From Octopus vulgaris (taxonomy: Eukaryota): a stretch of 64,000 nucleotides of DNA. The notes under the pieces are model-generated. The model did not search any database. It was not told the DNA's origin and saw only the letters and a program-made list of their open reading frames with translations. The DNA lies in assembly GCA_951406725.2 (NCBI GenBank), contig OX597823.1:1550001-1614000 (forward strand). Direction: 5' to 3'. The translations under genes were made by a program, and so were the position numbers. Below are positions 1 through 12,902 of this stretch, in pieces (within the stretch, counting starts at the first letter, position 1; the number at the start of each line of letters is the position of its first letter).

Positions 1-95
1 GAGCATCACAACAAATCACAGCACATACCTAAGGCACACAGAGCGGCGCTCGATAGTGAAGTGAAAGCACGCTATAAAAATAAAACTACTGAATG

Positions 96-153
<58 letters not shown>

Positions 154-173
154 TAATAATAATAATAATAATA
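1..173 (+). mobile_element. 3' end of a (TAA)n-tailed non-LTR element (probably R4/Dong 3' UTR) plus (TAA)n
   Basis: Unique sequence runs directly into (TAA)n, next to an R4-type coding fragment; the family assignment is inferred. Confidence 0.4.
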
Positions 174-175
174 GT

Positions 176-320
176 AACAACTAAAGGAGCTAAAGGAGAT
201 GGACAAGAAGTCAAGAAAGTTCCTAAAGATGCACGAAGCCCATCATCTACGTGCAGACTCTGATCACCTATACATGAAGAGAGAAAATGGAGGAAGGAGA
301 CTGATGTGTGTGGAAGACTC
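176..320 (+). mobile_element. R4/Dong-clade retrotransposon RT C-terminal fragment
   Basis: ELKEMDKKSRKFLKMHEAHHLRADSDHLYMKRENGGRRLMCVED matches the R4-type LDRKTRK..M...HHP.AD.DRLY..R..GGRGL motif. Confidence 0.75.
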
Positions 321-985
321 GGAACTTTCCAGAAAGGAATTCCTCCGCTTCCTCCACCTCCTCGGAACTTTCCAAGAAGCAATCTTTTACCCTCTTCGGA
401 ACTTTCCAGAAAGTAGTTTCACCCCCTCCTCTGAACTTTCCAGGAAGTATTTCCACACCTTCTTCCCCCTCCTCGGAACTTTCCATTAAGTAATTCCTCC
501 CCTTCATCGGAAATTTTATTAACTATTTCCTTCCCTTCCGCCCCTTCTCAGAGCTTTCCAGAAAGTAATTTCGCCGTTCATCGGAACTTTCCATGCAGTA
601 ATTCCGCCCCTCATTGGAACTTTCCATGAACTATTTCCTCCCCTTCCTCCCATCGGAACTTTCCAAGAAGTAATTCCTCTCCTTCTTGGAACTTTCCATG
701 AAGTAATTCCACCCCTCCTTGTAACTTTCCAGGAAGTAAGACCTCCCCTTTCTTCTTTCCTCGGAACTTTCCAGGTATTAATTACTCCCCATTCGCGGAA
801 CTATCCATGAAGTAATTCCTCTCCTTCTTGGAACTTTCCATGAAGTAATTCCACCTCTCCTTGGAACTTTCCAGGAAGTAAGTCCTCCCCTTTCTTCTTT
901 CCTCGGAACTTTCCAGGTATTAATTACTCCCCATTCGCGGAACTATCCATGAAGTAATTCCTCCCCTTCCTCGGAATTTTCCATG
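320..985. repeat. Minisatellite of 33-43-bp units with conserved GGAACTTTCC core and 142-bp higher-order duplication
   Basis: About 19 units of (C/T)GGAACTTTCCA.GAAGTAATTCC plus a pyrimidine tail; the same register recurs at 667, 809 and 951. Confidence 0.9.
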
Positions 986-1299
986 GACTATATCCTCCCC
1001 CTCTGTTCACCATATATGTGCTTCATATGCTGACTAAAGTAAGGCCTCAATGTTTATTTGTTTATCTGTTTACATAACCTTTCTGAAAGCTACTGGACGG
1101 GGTTCGGAAGGGTGGGTTAAAAAGGTCAAAACTTATTTCCTTCATCGATGTCTTCCTCGTGGTTTTCTTCATCCCACAACGTACCAGCTCCCTTTATAAC
1201 CACAGTGTTCCTGCCACCACGGGGTGGGGGTTGTACGTGGTCGCTCAGTTAGCTAGAAATATCTCCAATAAGTCTCACTTTTTGTGAAGGACGCATAAA

Positions 1300-1660
1300 A
1301 TAAGTGTAATCGAGATACACTATAACTGAATAAAAGGAGGCATGGTCTCGGCTGGACCGTTTTTGAATCATTCACCTTCAGCATCAGGTTTGACTTGGAG
1401 CTAAACAACAAGGAAATGTAATTAGTCCGAGATACGCTGTGTAAAATAGATGGAATGGTCACGACTGGAACACCTTTGATAATGTATTTTTTTCCATCGG
1501 AAGAGTCATTCTTAAGGATGACTGATGACTTGTGCGATGGAGAAACGTTGTGGACCATCGAGCTCATTCTCTCATCCGTGGCCATCTTTAATCCAGTGGC
1601 AAGAGCGAGTGAAAACGATTAGGGATGAAGGCGGATGCCATGGATGACCCCAAGATCTCT
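1300..1660 (+). mobile_element. Highly decayed HERO-like non-LTR fragment
   Basis: Plus-strand translation RMTDDLCDGETLWTIELILSS resembles the HERO WGM.DD..C..C...GT..HILS zinc-knuckle region; weak match. Confidence 0.3.
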
Positions 1661-1920
1661 TACCTGCCACATATTGCATTCTGCACTCCACAATGTCTTG
1701 GCGCAGCCATCTTACCCTCAACCACGAAGGTTTCTTCCGTTGAGTCCGTTAGATCCAGTTTTCACATGCAGAGGTAGGCATGTCCTACTATGTTAACCCC
1801 TTGACAACGGTTGACGCAAATATGCGATCACACGTTTGTGATCGCATATTTAACAAACGACTACGCTGCTACTCGTCCTCAAAGTGAATCCGAGCATATC
1901 CCCGACAGGTTCCCGGCGAA

Positions 1921-3182
1921 GGCGATGAAATCAAAGTGTTTCTTGCGCTGCTTATTCTCATGGGCATCGTAAGAAAACCCACCCTCGGTTCGTATTGGAG
2001 TAGGAACCCTCAAACAGTGACACCGTTTTTCGCCGACACGATGCCGAGTGATCGTTTTTTCGCGCTACTGAAAAACCTACACTTTAACTCGGGCGTCAAC
2101 ACCGGTGATAGGCTGCACAAACTTCAGCCAATTGTTGACGCAGTCGCAGACAAATTCAAAACTGTCTATATACCTACGCAAGATATTTCCACAGACGAAA
2201 ATCTCTGGAAATTTAAGAGGTGGTTGCGATTCAGAGAGTACAACCCTACAAAATGTGCGCAGTTTGGAGTGAAAGTATATAAAGTTTGTCAGTCATCCGG
2301 TGTCGCATCTGGCTATACTTGGAACTATAAAATATATATTGGCGAGGACAGGGTCGCGGACGTTCTAGCATCAGCTAATGTCGTCATATCATTGAATAAT
2401 GAACTGTTAGAGAGAGGGTATAACATTTATATGGATGACTGGTTTTCCAGTCCTGACTTGTTTCAGCAGTTGCAGGCCAGAACAAATGCCTGTGGGTTGG
2501 TCCTCGCTTTCAGGAGGAACATGCCCCTCGATCTTCGAAAACCGAAACTTGAGAAAGGAGAATTTGCATACCGTTCGACGGACAGTGGTCCCCTAGCGTT
2601 GGTCTGACGAAACAGAAAGTACGTGCCCATGCTGAGTACGATGCACTCTGCTGCAATGTCTGAAACTGGCAAACGGAACCGTGCAGGGGACCCCATCATA
2701 AAACCCGATGTTGTACAGGACTACAACAGAGCAATGAGTGGAGTGGATAGATCCGATCAGATGGCCACCACACACAAATCTGCGCGAAGATTCGGAAAAT
2801 GGTACAAAAAGATATTTTTGTACTTGTGGATATGGCACTCGTGAACAGAGATCTGATTTGACGAATGCTGGGTGGCGAAGCAACTGGACTCGCATTTCGC
2901 GAGGCTTTGATAAATGAAATTATCGAAGTTTCCGAGCTGCTCAACTATCGAACGCGTGGACGTCCTCACGCACGACCGACTCCAAACCGGCTTCTGAACC
3001 GACAAGAACATTTTCCGCGCTTTATACCACCAACGGAAAAAAAGCAGAGTCCGGCAAGGAAATGTGTTGTATGCACCTCACACCACCGTAGGCGCGAAAC
3101 CAGATGTCGTTATCCGGACTGTGATGTGTCCCTTTGCATAATACCGTGTTTTGAGTTGTACCACAGGCAAGCTATTTTTTGA
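1921..3182 (+). pseudogene. piggyBac transposase pseudogene (N-terminally deleted, stop and frameshift)
   Basis: ORFs 1936-2607, 2623-2844 and 2865-3182 carry DE (TDE), YMDDWFSS, YN.AMSGVDRSDQ, KWYKKIF and the C-terminal Cys-rich domain CVVC...C...C..PCFELYH. Confidence 0.93.
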
Positions 3183-3319
3183 ACTTGAGCAGAATAACTC
3201 TTGCATATCATATTATGATAAATAGCTTCACATAGTTCATTTTCATAAACCGGTAGACGTAAATGTACGACGCTATGTCATTGTAACGGTGAACGTAAAT
3301 ATACACAATAGGCGCGTTA

Positions 3320-4823
3320 TTCAATGCCTCAATGTCAACAAGAGTCACGGCCCTGACGGCATACACCCACAGGTTATAAAGGCGTTGGCTCCGGTCATCT
3401 GCGAGCCTTTAACACTTCTATTCAATATGTCATTGGCGACAGGTGTTATAGCTGCGGACTGGAGAACAGCGATAATTTGCCCAATTTTCAAGAAAGGGAG
3501 CCGTGAAGACCCGCTTAACTACCGACCGGTTTCCCTTACTTCAATAATCAGCAAGATGTTCGAAACCATCCTTAAGAAAAGTATATTGCTCCACCTCCAA
3601 AATACAGCCTCTATCTCTGATTCCGAACACGGCTTCGTGCCGAAGAGATCATGCTTGACCAACTTACTGGTAATGGAAGAATTGGTGACGCGTATCCTCG
3701 ATGATGGTGATGCTGTTGACATCGTTTTATTGGACTTTGCCAAAGCTTTTGACTCGGTTAACCACCGCCTATTACTTGTCAAGCTTCAAGCATATCGTTT
3801 CCATCCGGATATTGTACGATGGGTTGGTGCCTTCCTCTCAGATCGGTCCTTCCAAGTCCAAGTTAATGGTTCGCTGTCCGACGTCTCCAGTGCGAGCAGT
3901 GGCGTGCCTCAAGGTTCAGTGCTTGGGCCCTTATTGTTCTTAGTCTTCATAAATGACTTGCCCGACGACCTCACACAATACACCCTTCTATTTGCCGATG
4001 ATGTCAAACTGGTCGCTCCTCGAGGTGATATAGATGATCTTCAACGTGTCAAAGTGCTGTCATCTGCCTGTTGGCTCTTCTCCTGCAACTCAACTTGATT
4101 TCGAGCCGGGTCGTCTGCTGCTGGAGAGGACCGATCAGGTAAAGGACCTGGGTATCTTGGTGGATTCTTCCTTCTTGCCTTCAGCCCATGCGTCCATGCT
4201 GCCAACAAAGCATGCTGAGTTCTGTTTTTGATTCGACAGTCATTCGGAATGCTCACAGCAGCCATATTCCTACCGCTCTATGTCACGCTGGTGAGACCCA
4301 TATTGGAGTATGGGATTCAAGCCTCTTCTCCTTATCTCCTCAAAGACATACATCATCTCGAAAGAGTCCAGAAGCTGGCTACCCGCATGGTTCTTGGTCT
4401 CAAGCATTTGTCTTACGAAGAAAGGCTGAGGACGCTCGACCTTTATTCTCTAGAAAAACGACGACGCCGTGGTGATCTCATTCTCGCCCACAACATCATA
4501 AGCGGAAAGTGTAACCTCTCGAAAGAGTTGTTCTTCACTCCTGCTCCAGAGCATCGGCTTCGGGGTCACTCCGAAAAGCTCTATCTGCGACGATTTCATC
4601 TCAATCGAAGGAGAGGGGCTTTCTCCCTCCGGGTTGCGGATCCGTGGAATAAGCTGCCGGACGAGATAGTGAGGATGCCGACGACCGCTTGGTTCAAAGT
4701 CTCCCTTGACCACAAATGGCCTGAACTCTTTGCATGAACACCACCCTGTACATAACTCCATGTCCCCCTACATGGCCTTGCTTTTTGCTTTTTAAGCCAA
4801 AAAATTAACTTAACTTAACTTAA
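3320..4823 (+). mobile_element. 5'-truncated CR1-clade LINE (RT domain, frameshifted) with (TAACT)n tail
   Basis: KSHGPDGIHP, NYRPVSLTS, LDFAKAFDSV, SGVPQGSVLGP, LFADDVK, LEKRRRRGDLI, RV..PWNKLP; tail aattaacttaacttaacttaac. Confidence 0.93.
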
Positions 4824-5265
4824 CGAGCTCATTGGCACTTGTGTGTTTGTGTGGCTTCAGTAGATAAAAATAACCGGAGCAGTGTCTCGCATGCTTCGGG
4901 TAATGCCGGCGTCAAGGCGTCAATAATTCTGGAAATTCACTCAGTAGCACTCCAAGAAATTTTGGCTCACAAGGATACTCAGGAGCAATAGCAAAAATAC
5001 TGGCTAATCTATCAAACAGTCACTAGATCAAACAATGCAACATTAACCAGTTAAAATAAATCCAGTTGTATTTAAAAACAAACGCTGCCCATTTAACCCG
5101 GCGGAGAATATAAAATAATTTAGAGATGTATTCAAATTATGCTATATATGTTTCTGTGGCATGGTTATTTAATCGCTCCTTGATGTATTACATCATATGA
5201 TTATGTAACCAATCTATTTTGTCGGCCACTTGGAACAGTTGGCAGATAAAATTTATGCGTGTCTG

Positions 5266-5341
<76 letters not shown>

Positions 5342-5474
5342 AGTGTGTGTGTTGTTTAATGAATGCAGTATATATTTATCTCTCACCAGCTGGAGTTCAT
5401 TTTTGTTGATTTTACCTTCACGGAACAGTATACTATATATATATCCTATATATATATAGTGCGCAGAGCCACCC

Positions 5475-5830
5475 TGACACCATCTGATGACATCACTAGG
5501 CACTCTACGGGTGTGACAGCCAACGTCTTCAAGGAAAGGTCTTCCCAGTACTCATTCAAATCCAGGGACAGAGAGACTTTCACTTCCTTGTCGCGCTTTC
5601 TCTGGAGACTCCATGACCTCCGAGATGAAACACTCAGCATCAAGTGGACTATTGTCAACAGGTCTTACTATATTCACCCGCGCCCCTAATTGCCAGTTCT
5701 GCCTCCGTGCAAAACTGCATATCATCTACCAACCCGCAGTGTCCATTAATAAGACATTCGATCTATCTTATTGCTGTCACCAGAGGAACAGCCTTCTCAT
5801 AAATTTCAAGCCACTGGACGCCAACAACTT
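5475..5830 (+). mobile_element. Penelope-like (Neptune-type) GIY-YIG endonuclease fragment
   Basis: TGVTANVFKER..SF...TSLSRFLWRL...IKWTI...NCQFCLRAKLHI...INK matches the GIY-YIG C-terminus of the 51.4-kb element. Confidence 0.8.
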
Positions 5831-6387
5831 GGATATGCCTCCTTAGTATCAGCTGGCCCTTCCCCTGCATCGCCTGTCACCAACTAACTCCCATGAGTAA
5901 CACCGCACATCACCAACGCTTCTGCATGTCTCTCTAGCCGCATACCCTCACCACTTGTGTGTATGTTTATGTGTGTATGTGGGTGCGTGCGTGTGGTGAT
6001 GTGTGAATGTACACCTATGCACATATACACACACTCCCATAAATGCAGACACACACTGACAGATATGTAAGCTCGTACATACGCCCATATATGCGTATAT
6101 ACTTGCACATCTACTGTCCCTTCCTACTTCCACGACCCCAACTACGTAACCGATTTCCTGTCTACCACGCAGTCAATCTCCTCCTCTTCACCATGCGGTT
6201 TTTTCCAAGTAATTGTTGTCGCTGAATTTCCTATATCACACTGTGACACCACGTGACTTTTCTCGACCAATTGCGGGCTGACGTCCAGTAATAAACATTT
6301 CCCTTTCTTCATCAAATTCCTGTGACTCAGATTAGCATCACGCCTCAAACTCAGTGCACCAAGGAGTTTGAATCAAACTGTTTTAAT

Positions 6388-6427
<40 letters not shown>

Positions 6428-6672
6428 AAATAAAACTTACTTGGAAGAAGACGCGTGGCGTTCAATCATATAATAACAATTTAATAAATAAAACATATGC
6501 ATACATACATACATATATGCACATACCTTATCTATATGTACATATATATATATATACATACACATATATATATAGTTAATCCAAACAAGAAAACACAAAA
6601 AGACACAGCAACGCGAGGACGTGGAACAAATAAAGTATTATTGGACGCTCAGGAAAGAAGGAAAGAAGGAGG

Positions 6673-6707
6673 GTCTTACGGTTCGAGCGGAGCTCTTCGT
6701 CGGAAAC
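6673..6707 (-). ncRNA. Degenerate minimal hammerhead in a Penelope-like terminal repeat (element about 6573-6790)
   Basis: GTTT-CCGACGAA-GAGC tcc GCTC-GAAC-CG-TA-AGAC; shares the flanking gtatta..gcgctcaggaa motif with the 11.3-kb copy. Confidence 0.55.
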
Positions 6708-7064
6708 ATAGGAGAAGGAAAGATCCCGAGAAGGGAAGACAGAGGGAAAAAAATCGCTGGCGGTACTCACGAGGTCACATATTGAAAGCATACATACATA
6801 CATACATATATAGATATATACATACATATATATATATATACATACATATATATATAATATAATATAATATATATGTGTGCGTGTATACATCATAAACCAT
6901 ACATACTCATATATGTGTATGTGTGCGTGTAAGTATGTATGTATGTATGTATGTATGTATGTATGTATGTATGTATGTATGTATGTATGTATGTATGTAT
7001 GTATGCATGTCTGTATGTATGCATGTGTGTATGTATGTATGTATATTTGTATAGTGCGATTTAT

Positions 7065-8960
7065 ATTCAAATCAGATGACAACCAGTATTATATGTCTTG
7101 CAAACAACTTGCACATGCAAGTGCTACCAGTCAAAAGCTCCGTATACCGGAAGCCAGCAAATGTATGGGGTCATCAGGAGAGAATGCGCGCCGTTTCGAG
7201 GCCTACCTCTCGACGGCATCAATGCGCACCGGCCCTCCTCACTGATATGAGGCCCCGCTTGCTAGATCAGCTGGTTATGAAGTTAAGCTCAATATCCTTC
7301 CAGCCATCGCTCATCGTCTCTTTTTAACCAAATCCAGTGGCTAGCCTTCTCCACTGTAGATTGGATATCAGTCATGGTGGTATTCACTTTACGATGAGTT
7401 AGGCCTAGCGAAAGCAACAGTCGTCTCACATTGTGTCCAACGAACCCTCTACATCCAATTTCTTTATTAGCCACATGGGCCCAAACATAGAGGGGGACAA
7501 TACAGCCTGATTGGGGTCAAACACACAATGATTATATGACTTTTAAAATTTTACAAAATATAATGAAATCGAATGAGATACAACAAGGACGAAATACAGA
7601 CATGCGATGAAGCAGAGAGATGAGTTACGCTCCGACCCCACGAGCCCCATTCTCCTACTGAAACTTTTGTATGCAGACTTATGACATGTTCACGAGGAAT
7701 CTTTCATTCCCAGCACCCTCGCAACATGCAACTATCTTCGATTGGAAAATGTTCCGCTTTCCAGCCTGCGTCTTCACATTCCTCGAGGAGGTTTAGATAA
7801 CGGTTCAATTTTCGAGCCCAAGCGGCGTCCATATTGTCTTCATGCTCGACTATATTTACAACTTTCTTTCTTTCACACCACATCAAAATATCTGGGGGTT
7901 TTTTGTAACTGGGATGGGAAAGAAAACCTGGCACCCAGGTAAATCTGCAGTTACCTCCCAATAGCCGTTCCATTTTTCATTTCTCTCAGGAAGTTTCTTG
8001 ATCTTCTTCTTGAAACGGATCCGCTGACCTGGTCGCACGAAGGTAACGAAATCTCTAGATGGTACTTTTAACGGTTTTTCCTCAGTGTTGTTGAGATGAA
8101 TTTGATTCTTTATAGCATTGAAGATAACCTTAAGGACCAAGTTGTGCCTCCATGTGTACCTGTTCAATGCTAAAGAACAGTTGGAAAGAATATGTTTCAG
8201 TGTACCGACCTTTCCACATTTGCAGATGTCATTCTCTGAGACGTTCCATCTTACTAGGTTCGTAGGTGATGGTAAAACATCATAAGATGAACGAATCAGG
8301 AAACTCAGCCGAGATGTCGTCCACTTCCACATCTCATTCTAACTTATCTTCCTCTCAACAACATGTTCTTCCCATCTCGTCATCTGACCTTGATGAAAAC
8401 ATCGGATCAAATGAAGCTCTCTTCTCTCTGCTTCTCTTGTTTTGACGCTGTTGCTAACAACAAATCTGCGTTCATTCCGCATCATGCTTGCAAACGATCT
8501 GAACTGATCTGCGCCAAAACCAAGTCCTTTCCGATGGTTCTGCGTTGCTCCCACCATATCTCTGTGTATAAGAGAAGACAAGATGTCGTCAGTTTCTGCT
8601 TCTGCTTTCCACTTCCTGGCTGTTTTCACCTCTGGTGGGTTACGCCTGATTTCCATATCCTTCGATTCTCTCAGCATCATGACTGTCCGTATCTTCCCCA
8701 ACTTATATATTTCGACTATTGATGCTATTGGTAACTGCAACGAACCTCTTTTACGATAAAGAGATGAGCTGTTCAACATACGAGGTAGGCCTAGCCACTT
8801 TCTAATGAACACATTACATTTTTGTTCAATGATTTCAACTTGTGACAATGCTACTTCGTATATTAAAAGTGGCAACGCAAGTCGCGGGTACAAGCCGAAC
8901 TGCAAGCACCAAATTTTATATTTACCTGGTAACTTCGAATTATCAATCGCTGATAACCCA
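7065..8960 (-). mobile_element. HERO-clade (REL endonuclease) non-LTR retrotransposon, 5'-truncated, frameshifted, with an insertion at about 7462-7737
   Basis: LPGKYKIWCLQFGLYPRL, RKWLGLP, YDVLPSPTNL, C.CG..GTL.HILS.C, Y.WRH, PDIL, FPIE-IGCRGF, EKASHWIWLKR, followed by a 3' UTR. Confidence 0.9.
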
Positions 8961-10156
8961 TGTGTATTCCTGTTTATTCAAAGGAAACAGTCAGAAGGCT
9001 TTGGATTCTAGTTAGATGCTGAGGCTGAACAAAGCTCCCGTGTTTTGTTTTACTTTATATATACGTGTGTACATACATGTAGTTATGCGCACACATATAC
9101 GTATTAACTGGCAATTAAACTTTTCTTCTTCTCAGTAAACATTTCTTTTTATAATAAATAATGCATGTCTCACTTGAAACTCGCTTCACAAAGGTGTCGT
9201 TCAACCGATTCGTCGTCAAATATTTTATATCTAATGTCTGCATTATAGGTAATTTTATGTTTCAATTCGACTGGTTAATTTTGATTTTCTGTGATATATT
9301 CAAAGGTATGTATATTTATTTTCAAATGCTTAACCTGTGTCTGTTCATTTGTTTTGTTTTTATGTGGCCAAGTATTTTTTTTATTTCAAAGCTCTTATTC
9401 TTCAAATATGACATTAGTTTTAGTTAAGTATTTACTTGACTTACAAATATATTTGGATTTTCAACCAGTAATTGGAAACCTTCCTTCAGTTGATTTTTCT
9501 TTTTATATTGTTAAACATTTTCGTTCGTTCTTTAGAATTGAAGTATTATTTATTCAGTTCCAGAATATTTTGCTTTTATAATGTTTAGATTTTTTTGTAT
9601 AATTTCTTATAATTTGTATTTTCCTGCGATTGTCTGCTGTTTAAGTGAGTTCGGTGGTTGGCGCTTTTATATTCTCATTGACATACCATTCTGAATTCAA
9701 TGCTTTGTTCTTTGTTTTGTTTCCTGTTTGGTTTGTTTATTGCTGACTTTCAAATCATTCAGATATCTTAAGTTCTTTGAGATTTCTTGCTTAATATTTT
9801 CCAATTCGCGGCCGGTTACACTGTTTCCAATACAATCTCGTTTTCTCTATGTTTATTACTTTACATATCATTTTTACTGGCAGTAATTTTATATATCTCC
9901 ATATTCTAAAGCTGTGATTTATGATGCATTGCATCTACGGTAAAACATTCCAACCATTTTCTAGAATTTTAGGTTTTGTGATTTTGTCATGAAAAACGTT
10001 TTTCAATTCGATTCTTCAATGCCACAACCTTTTATCATTTCTCTTATGTTCATAGTGCACAATAAGACTCCATTAGAATCTTCAGTAAAGGAGATCCAGG
10101 CCCTAAATTACTTTTGTTAAGATAATCTATTAAAACGGAACAGCTATTTTAGCCGC

Positions 10157-10195
<39 letters not shown>

Positions 10196-10450
10196 GTCTT
10201 TTTTTTCTTTATTTCTTGAAATATTACCGCAGCATTGCGACCTTGTCATCTAGTGTGATCTAATCAGCTTTGCCACCTGGACACTGTTGATACTTGATCC
10301 TACTGCGATCCTTTGTAATTCAGTGACTGGTAGGTTCACAAAAGGTCCCAGTTTAATTTTTCTGTTGTTAAATTTATCGGCAGTTAACGAATCTCTTTGC
10401 AGCAGCTAAACTAACCATCAACATCATTTTCTAATTCTAAAGGTGATCCC

Positions 10451-10633
10451 AAGGCGGTGAACTGGCAGAATCGTCACCGCACCGGACAAAATGATTTGTA
10501 GTATTTCTTCCGACTTAACATTCTGAGTTCAAATACTACCGAGGTTGACTTTGCTTTTTATCCTTTCGAGGACGATTAAATAAGTACCAGTTTGGCACTG
10601 GAGTCGGGCCCTGTGCCAAAAGTTGAAACCAAT
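10451..10633 (+). mobile_element. tRNA-derived SINE family A (central gtcgactttgcctttcatcctttcggggtcgataaa domain)
   Basis: A box tggcagaatcg, B box gagttcaaat; many copies in the window. Confidence 0.8.
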
Positions 10634-11198
10634 ATTCGCTGAGACATCTCCAAGAATTCGTGTTCATTGTTGCTTTGTTAGATCTGTGAGGTAGGAATTT
10701 TTTAACGCCATGTTGTGAAGCCAGTAATTCCGTTTATTTATTCATAAATATTAAAAAACATCGTCACCATCACCACCATCAGCTTTCTAATTAAAGTTTA
10801 AAATTTTCCACTTTAGCAATCCAAATTACAACGGCAAATGCTACATCTCTTTTGTTTACAATAAAAGTAGACTCGAAGGTGGAGTTTATAACGAAGGTAA
10901 GGAAGGAGCATGGTTTGTGTTTAACAGAACTGATAAGTTCACATGTTAACCTCTCGTCTAATCTATGAATTCAGACCTGATAAATAAACCATATACCCGA
11001 TGCTAATGAGTGTGTATGCGTATATATATATATATATATGTAATACAGTGTACATTTAAACACATGAGGATTACTGGCAGTAATTTTATATATGTACACT
11101 GTAATTTATGACTAATAGTCTTTGGACTAAATTTTTACACGTTACGCCATTGGAAATAAAAATTTTAATTAATTTCCATTTCCCTTTGATATGATTAA

Positions 11199-11256
<58 letters not shown>

Positions 11257-11352
11257 CGGGAAGGTTTACGAAAATAAACAAAAGACGAAGGCAGCTGGAG
11301 TACAAACAAACAATTGTATTAGTATGGCGCTCAGGAATAGAAATAAAACAAG

Positions 11353-11390
11353 TCTTTTACGTTTCGAGCCTACGCTCTTCAATAGAAAGA
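11353..11390 (-). ncRNA. Degenerate minimal hammerhead in a Penelope-like terminal repeat (element about 11255-11453)
   Basis: TCTTT-CTATTGAA-GAGC gtag GCTC-GAAA-CG-TA-AAAGA. Helices are intact, the CUGA turn is mutated, and (TA)n lies on both sides. Confidence 0.6.
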
Positions 11391-11450
11391 TACACAGAAA
11401 AAACAAGGAGAGAAACAAGGAGAGAAAAATGCGTGTAGGAGCTAACGATC

Positions 11451-11495
<45 letters not shown>

Positions 11496-11808
11496 TGAGA
11501 GGACAAACGAAAGAAGGGCACTCAACCAATTTCTTGGGAGTCACATGAATAGATCAAAACAGTTTCATTGAAATTCGTTGGTATTCTTGAGTTTCAAGAG
11601 TGATGCGAGTCGTCGTTGGGTGTTATTACAATAAGGTGGACAGCGATTGGTCGAGGAAGGTCACGCGATGTCGTGGTTTGATGTTGGTGTATGGGGTAAC
11701 AGTTTGTTGGAAAATACTGCATGGCGAACAAGAAATTGGCCACGTGGAGGACAGGAAATGGACAAGAAGTCGGTCAGGTTGTTGGGGAGAAAGTAGGAAA
11801 TATATTGT

Positions 11809-11845
<37 letters not shown>

Positions 11846-12259
11846 ATGCGCTCATATAATTTTGCGTGCATGTGTATATTGATGCGAGTGTGCGCATCTG
11901 TGCATCGGCACGCACGCGCACGTCTGCACACACACACAATTGGACGAACACGCGCGCACGCACACACGTACACACACATATACGCATACACACACATGCG
12001 TATTCATTCATATGTACACATGTATATTCGTATGCATGTGCGCATGCATACCAGTGTGCATGCACACACGCACGCGCGGCAATGCACACTCGCTCGCGCG
12101 CGTGCGCAAGTATACACACGCAAAACAAGCGTTGGGGATTGGTAAGTCTTGGGGGTTGGTATGCGCTGGGGGTTGGTAAATGGCGTTCCCACTGATGGTG
12201 TTGGTTGGTAACGGTGACCTTGGTGCAGGTGGTGTGAAGTTGCAGCTGGTGCTAAGGTG

Positions 12260-12640
12260 GTATATACGGTTTGTCGGCAGTCAGAGGCCTGAAATTTGCC
12301 ACAAGGGCTAATCTCTGGGGACAGCAATACGATAAACCTTATTTCTTGGTGATGGATACTGCAGGTTGTTGGAAGATATGCAGTTTTTGGCGGAGGCAGA
12401 GCTAGCAGTTAGAGGCGCCGGGTGAATATGGTTGCACTCAGTCGACAATAGTCCTCTCGATGCTGGGTATTTCATCTCGGAGATCACGAAGTCTCCAGAG
12501 AAAACGAGACAGGGAAGTAGAGTTCTCTCTGTCCCTGGATCTGAACGAGTGCATATGCTGGAGATATCTTCCCTTGAAGTTATTAGCTGTCATACCCGGT
12601 AGCAACAACTATGGAAGATGAATCGATGATGCATTAGTTT
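12260..12640 (-). mobile_element. Second copy of the Penelope-like GIY-YIG fragment family
   Basis: Reverse complement aligns with 5500-5830 (tccagggacagagaga...ttttctctggagact...ccgagatgaaa). Confidence 0.8.
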
Positions 12641-12839
12641 TTACATCAGTTTACATATACTGCCAAGGGCAGCTCTGTACAGAAATATAAATACAGCAAT
12701 ACAAATGTAGATTTATATAGAAATATAATTCCATTAAATAAAAATCCAACTGTAGCTCTATATATAAATAGAAGTGTAGTTCTATAGAAATATAAATATA
12801 GCTATATATAAATAAATAAACAAATAGATAAATAAATGA

Positions 12840-12902
<63 letters not shown>

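Larger units (their letters stand above)
1793..4923 (+). mobile_element. piggyBac (PGBD4-like) DNA transposon, decayed, interrupted by a CR1 LINE
   Basis: Left end TTAA-CCCCTTGAC at 1793; degenerate right end GTCAAGGCGTCAA at 4911-4923 (11/13 match to the reverse complement); transposase relics in between. Confidence 0.75.

Noticed and set aside
320-985. CRISPR-like repeat/spacer look of the GGAACTTTCC array
   Set aside because: The spacers are related to each other, the core is only 10-11 bp, there are no cas genes and the context is eukaryotic.
9050-10080. T-rich strand-asymmetric segment, possibly a decayed LINE
   Set aside because: No convincing protein motif is recoverable by eye.
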